Source: an uncultured delta proteobacterium
Lineage (GTDB): Bacteria; Desulfobacterota; Binatia; JACPRU01
Assembly (NCBI GenBank): GCA_963711395.1
Contig: CAVQEA010000006.1
Location: 26,647 to 90,646, forward strand
Direction: 5' to 3'
Length of the DNA stretch: 64,000 bases
The position numbers were made by a program, and so were the translations under genes. This document shows positions 60,596 through 64,000 of this stretch, in pieces (the first letter of the stretch is position 1; each line of letters begins with the position of its first letter). The notes beneath the pieces were generated by a model that had not been told where the DNA came from, did not search any database, and saw nothing but the letters and a program-made list of their open reading frames with translations.

Positions 60596-61543
60596 ATGCG
60601 CCTCACCCGTACACCGACCATTTCAACTGCAAGCGTGGTGCCGCGTGGCTCGCTCGATCGGCGTTCCCCGCGACCGGCGTGCGCGTGGCTCGCGCTGGCG
60701 CTCTTGGTGGTCGCTTGCTCGCCCCCGGCCCCGCCGCAGCGGCCGCAACCCGCGAGCTGGACCGGCGACGGGGTGACGTTCGCCTACCTCGGGCACGCCT
60801 CGGTGCTCATCGACTTCGGCGGCACCATGCTGCTGACGGATCCGACGCTGAACGCCCGCATCGGCCTGTCGCTCGGCCCGCTGACGATCGGCCCGAAGCG
60901 GCAAGTGGCCTGCGCGCTGACGGCAGAGGAGCTACCGAAGCTCAATGCCGTGCTGGTGTCGCACGCCCACATGGACAGCCTCGACCGTCCGTCGCTCGCC
61001 CGCCTGAGCGCGACGCCGATGCTGGTCGTCCCGGAGCGCACTCGCGACCTGGTGAGCGACCTCGGGTACGCCGAAGTCGTCGAGCTGCCGTGGGGAAAGA
61101 CCGTCGAGGCGGGCGGCGTGACGATCGAGGCGGTCGAAGTCAGTCACTGGGGGCGTCGCTGGCCATGGGACGGCTGGCGGGGCTACGACGGATTCCTGTT
61201 GAGCCGCGGGGATGTGCGCGTGCTCTTTGCGAGCGACACGGCATTCAGCCGCAAGCTCGCCGAATACGCGCGCTCGCGTCACGTCACGGTGGCGATCCTC
61301 GGCATCGGCGCCTACGACCCGTGGGTCTGGAACCACGAGACGCCGGAAGAAGCCTGGGAGACGTTCCTGGCGAGCGGCGCCGAAGCGCTGATCCCCATCC
61401 ACTGGGACACGTTTCGGCTCGGCAAGGAGCCGCTCGGCGAGGCGATGCGGAGGCTCCTCGCCGCGGCCGGGGAAGACTCCCGGCGGGTGGTCATCCGCGA
61501 GATCGGCGGAACCTGGCGGCTCGCGCCTTCAGGCCCGACGTGA
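60596..61543 (+). CDS. MBL-fold metallohydrolase (NAPE-PLD/UlaG-like), probable lipoprotein
   Basis: LVVAC lipobox, YLGHASVLI, LLTDP, SHAHMDSLD, IGAY, PIHWDTF. Confidence 0.85.
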   Translation: MRLTRTPTISTASVVPRGSLDRRSPRPACAWLALALLVVACSPPAPPQRPQPASWTGDGVTFAYLGHASVLIDFGGTMLLTDPTLNARIGLSLGPLTIGPKRQVACALTAEELPKLNAVLVSHAHMDSLDRPSLARLSATPMLVVPERTRDLVSDLGYAEVVELPWGKTVEAGGVTIEAVEVSHWGRRWPWDGWRGYDGFLLSRGDVRVLFASDTAFSRKLAEYARSRHVTVAILGIGAYDPWVWNHETPEEAWETFLASGAEALIPIHWDTFRLGKEPLGEAMRRLLAAAGEDSRRVVIREIGGTWRLAPSGPT

Positions 61544-62135
61544 AGCCCGCACCGGGCCGCGGCGGTGAAGCCGCCTCCAGATCGCGTCGATCTTCGCTCC
61601 TGCGAAACAGCGCCGAGGGGCGGCCGCACCGACCTCGGCGGCGATACGCTCCATCCCGCCCTCTTCGCGATCGACGAGCACCACGACCCGCTCGACGCGT
61701 AGCTCCTCCTGGCGGCAACGCGCGATCGCGCGCAGTGTCGATTCGCCGCTGGTGACGACGTCCTCGACGATCGCCACGCGCGATTTCGGCGCCACCGCGC
61801 CCTCGATCCAACGCTGCATGCCGTGGGCCTTCGCCTCTTTGCGAACCGTGAACGCCGCGATCGGACTGCCCGCGACTCTGGCTGTAGTAGGCGACGGCGC
61901 AGGCGATGGGATCGGCGCCCATCGTCAGGCCGCCGACGGCGTCCACGGCGCCGCGGATGCGCTCGAACACCAGGCGCCCGATCAATGGCATGGCCGCGGG
62001 CAACATCGTCGTGCGCCTGCAGTCGAAGTAGAAGGGACTCGTCGCGCCCGAGGAGAGCACGAACGGCTTCCGTGGTCGGTAGAAGACCGAGTGAATGGCC
62101 AGCAACTCGGCGAGCGTCTCTTCCCTCGGAGTCAT
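61529..62135 (-). CDS. pyrE: Orotate phosphoribosyltransferase (frameshifted)
   Basis: FVLSSG..SPFYFD, GGLTMGADP, VRKEAKAHG, IVEDVVTSG. Confidence 0.9.
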
Positions 62136-62169
62136 CCACCGAGTATAGGAATGTTCACCCTTCCGTTCC

Positions 62170-63358
62170 ATGGCCCATCGTCTCAAGGGAAGAGCCGCCA
62201 TCGCCGGCCTCGGCCTCACGCCAAGGGGCGGTCTACGATTCGGCGATGGGCTTCGCCGTCGACGCCGTGCGCCTGGCGCTCGACGACGCCGGCCTCGAGC
62301 GGCGCGACCTCGACGGCCTGCTGCTGAATCCCGGGCTCGCCTGGGGCGACACGGCGATGGGCTCGTTCCAGCTCCAGCAGGCGCTGGGGCTCCGCGATCT
62401 CCGGCTCTCGGCGACCATGAACCTCGGCGGCGCGACCGCGGCGCGATGATCCAGCACGCCGCGCAGGCGATCGCCGCCGGCCTCTGCACGACCGTCGCCT
62501 GCGTCTTCTCCGACGCGCCGCTGAAGCCGCCGAAGCCGCCGGCGAGGCGGCAAGCGGCAGCGGCGGCTCGGCCGCCGCCTACGGCTTCGCGCGCGGCCTC
62601 GAACGCCGCCTACGGCCAGTTCGGCGTGAACGCGCATGTACGCGCTGGTCGCGCGGCGCCACATGCACCTCTACGGCACGACCCAGGATCACCTCGGCGC
62701 GGTCGCCGTCGCGCGAGCGCGCGTGGGCGAACCGGAACCCGGCGGCGCAGTTCCACGACAGCGCCGCTCACGCTCGACGACTACCATCGCTCGCGCTGGA
62801 TCGTGGAGCCGTTCCACCTCTTCGACTGCTGCCTGGTCTCGAACGGCGGCGCTCGCCGTGATCGTCACCAGCGCCGAGCGCGCGCGCGACCTGCGCCAGC
62901 CGCCGGTCTACCTCTGGGGCATGGGCCAGGGGCATCCCGGCGGCGACCCGACCGAGACGCTGACCTCCGGCGCGCCGCTCGCCAAGCGAGCCGGCGTTCG
63001 CGATGGCCGGCATCGACGCTCGCCGACGTCGACGTCGTCGAGCTCTACGACTGCTACACGTTCACCGTGCTCGTCACGCTCGAGGACTACGGCTTCTGCG
63101 CGAAGGGCGAGGGCGGGCCGTTCGTCGCCGACGGATCGATCGGCCCGGGCGGCGCGCTGCCCGTCAACACCGGCGGCGGCCAGCTCTCGAGCTTCTACAT
63201 GTGGGGCATGACGCCGGTCTCGGAAGGCGTGATCCAGCTGCGCGGCGACGGCGGCGCGCGCCAGGTGCGCGAAGCACGACGTCGCGCTGGTGACCGGCAA
63301 CGGCGGCGTTCTCTCGACGCACTCGACGCTGGTGCTTCGAGCCCGCTCGCCGTCATGA
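62170..63358 (+). CDS. Thiolase-like (SCP-x / lipid-transfer) protein (frameshifted)
   Basis: AAIAGLG, PFHLFDCCLVS, ELYDCYT, LPVNTGGGQLS, QLRG. Confidence 0.85.
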
Positions 63359-63778
63359 CCGACAGCCGCGCCGAAGCCGCTCCCGGCGATCACGCCGCGA
63401 GCTGCGCGCCGTTCTTCGCCGCGGCGCGCGAGCGGCACGAGCTCGTCGTCCAGCGCTGCACGCGGCTGCGGCGCGCTCCGCTTCCCGGCGCGCGACGCTC
63501 TGCAGCGGCTGCCTCGGCGCGCGACGCCGAGTGGGTCGCCGTCGTCCGGGCGCGGCGCGATCTTCAGCTTCAACGTCATGCACCAGGTCTATCACCCCGG
63601 CTTCGCCGCCGAGGTGCCGTACGCCGTCGTCGTCGTCGAGCTCGAGGAAGGCGGCCGCATGCTCACCAACCTCGTCGACTGTGCGCTCGAGCGGTTGCGC
63701 ATCGGCCTGCCGGTCGAGGTCGTGTTCGAGCAGCCGCTCCCCGACGTCACGCTGCCGCAGTTTCGCCCGCGTGCGTAG
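63355..63778 (+). CDS. DUF35 Zn-ribbon/OB-fold protein (frameshifted)
   Basis: LVVQRC, PYAVVVVELEEG.RMLTNL, IGLPVEVVF; typical partner of SCP-x thiolases. Confidence 0.85.
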
Positions 63779-63811
63779 TTCTACCGTGCTGGCTGTTACA
63801 ATCCACGAACC

Positions 63812-64000
63812 GTGAAGATCGCCATCGATCTCGGGACCACGTATTCCGTCGTCTACGTGGTCGGCCGCGGCGTCGTGCTGCGCGAGCCGTCGGCGGTGGC
63901 GGTGCACAGGGAGAGCGGCGAGGTGATCGCCTACGGCGACAAGGCCCGCGGCATGCTCGGGCGCGTTCCGCCGACGATCGAGATCGTCCGACCGCTGCGC
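63812..64000 (+). CDS. mreB: MreB-like actin ATPase (5' part, runs off the window)
   Basis: IAIDLGT, GVVLREPSAVA, GDKARGMLGRVP..IEIVRPL. Confidence 0.8.
   Translation, partial: MKIAIDLGTTYSVVYVVGRGVVLREPSAVAVHRESGEVIAYGDKARGMLGRVPPTIEIVRPLR

Noticed and set aside
8227-63778. Numerous frameshifts suggesting mass pseudogenisation or programmed frameshifting
   Set aside because: They hit conserved housekeeping genes (cobS, ppiA, pyrE, btuB) as isolated indels with motifs intact and no in-frame stops noticed, and they cluster regionally. This is typical of uncorrected long-read error; read-level data would be needed to say otherwise.

Overview
This is a GC-rich bacterial chromosomal window. Its gene content would fit a deltaproteobacterial- or Binatota-like organism, but taxonomy cannot be fixed from the window. 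Many otherwise conserved genes (cobS, btuB, ppiA, pyrE, thiolase, both histidine kinases) carry single-base frameshifts, most likely uncorrected long-read indels, so they are called as frameshifted CDS. Main blocks: (1) an ECF sigma/anti-sigma operon with three exported repeat or acidic proteins and a candidate ECF promoter; (2) a cobalamin-riboswitch-led btuBFCD-cobSUT uptake and salvage operon followed by an orphan, degenerate nuoN-like gene; (3) a lower-GC accessory patch (about 23.2-27.3 kb) that reads as a decayed integrase-less integron cassette array, with attC sites and two inverted toxin-antitoxin cassettes; (4) an nhaR-like LysR gene divergent from HPF-like / Cys-rich / terC genes; (5) a six-gene operon (HAD, NTP transferase, ATP-grasp, class III aminotransferase, Gfo/Idh/MocA dehydrogenase, CDP-alcohol phosphotransferase) running into yacG-lpxA, the best candidate here for an undescribed amino-polyol or aminocyclitol phospho-headgroup pathway; (6) a tandem histidine kinase, pseudokinase and NarL regulator; (7) two copies of an AT-richer palindromic REP/MITE-like element. 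No rRNA, tRNA or CRISPR array was seen. All family assignments come from motif recognition by eye, not database searches.
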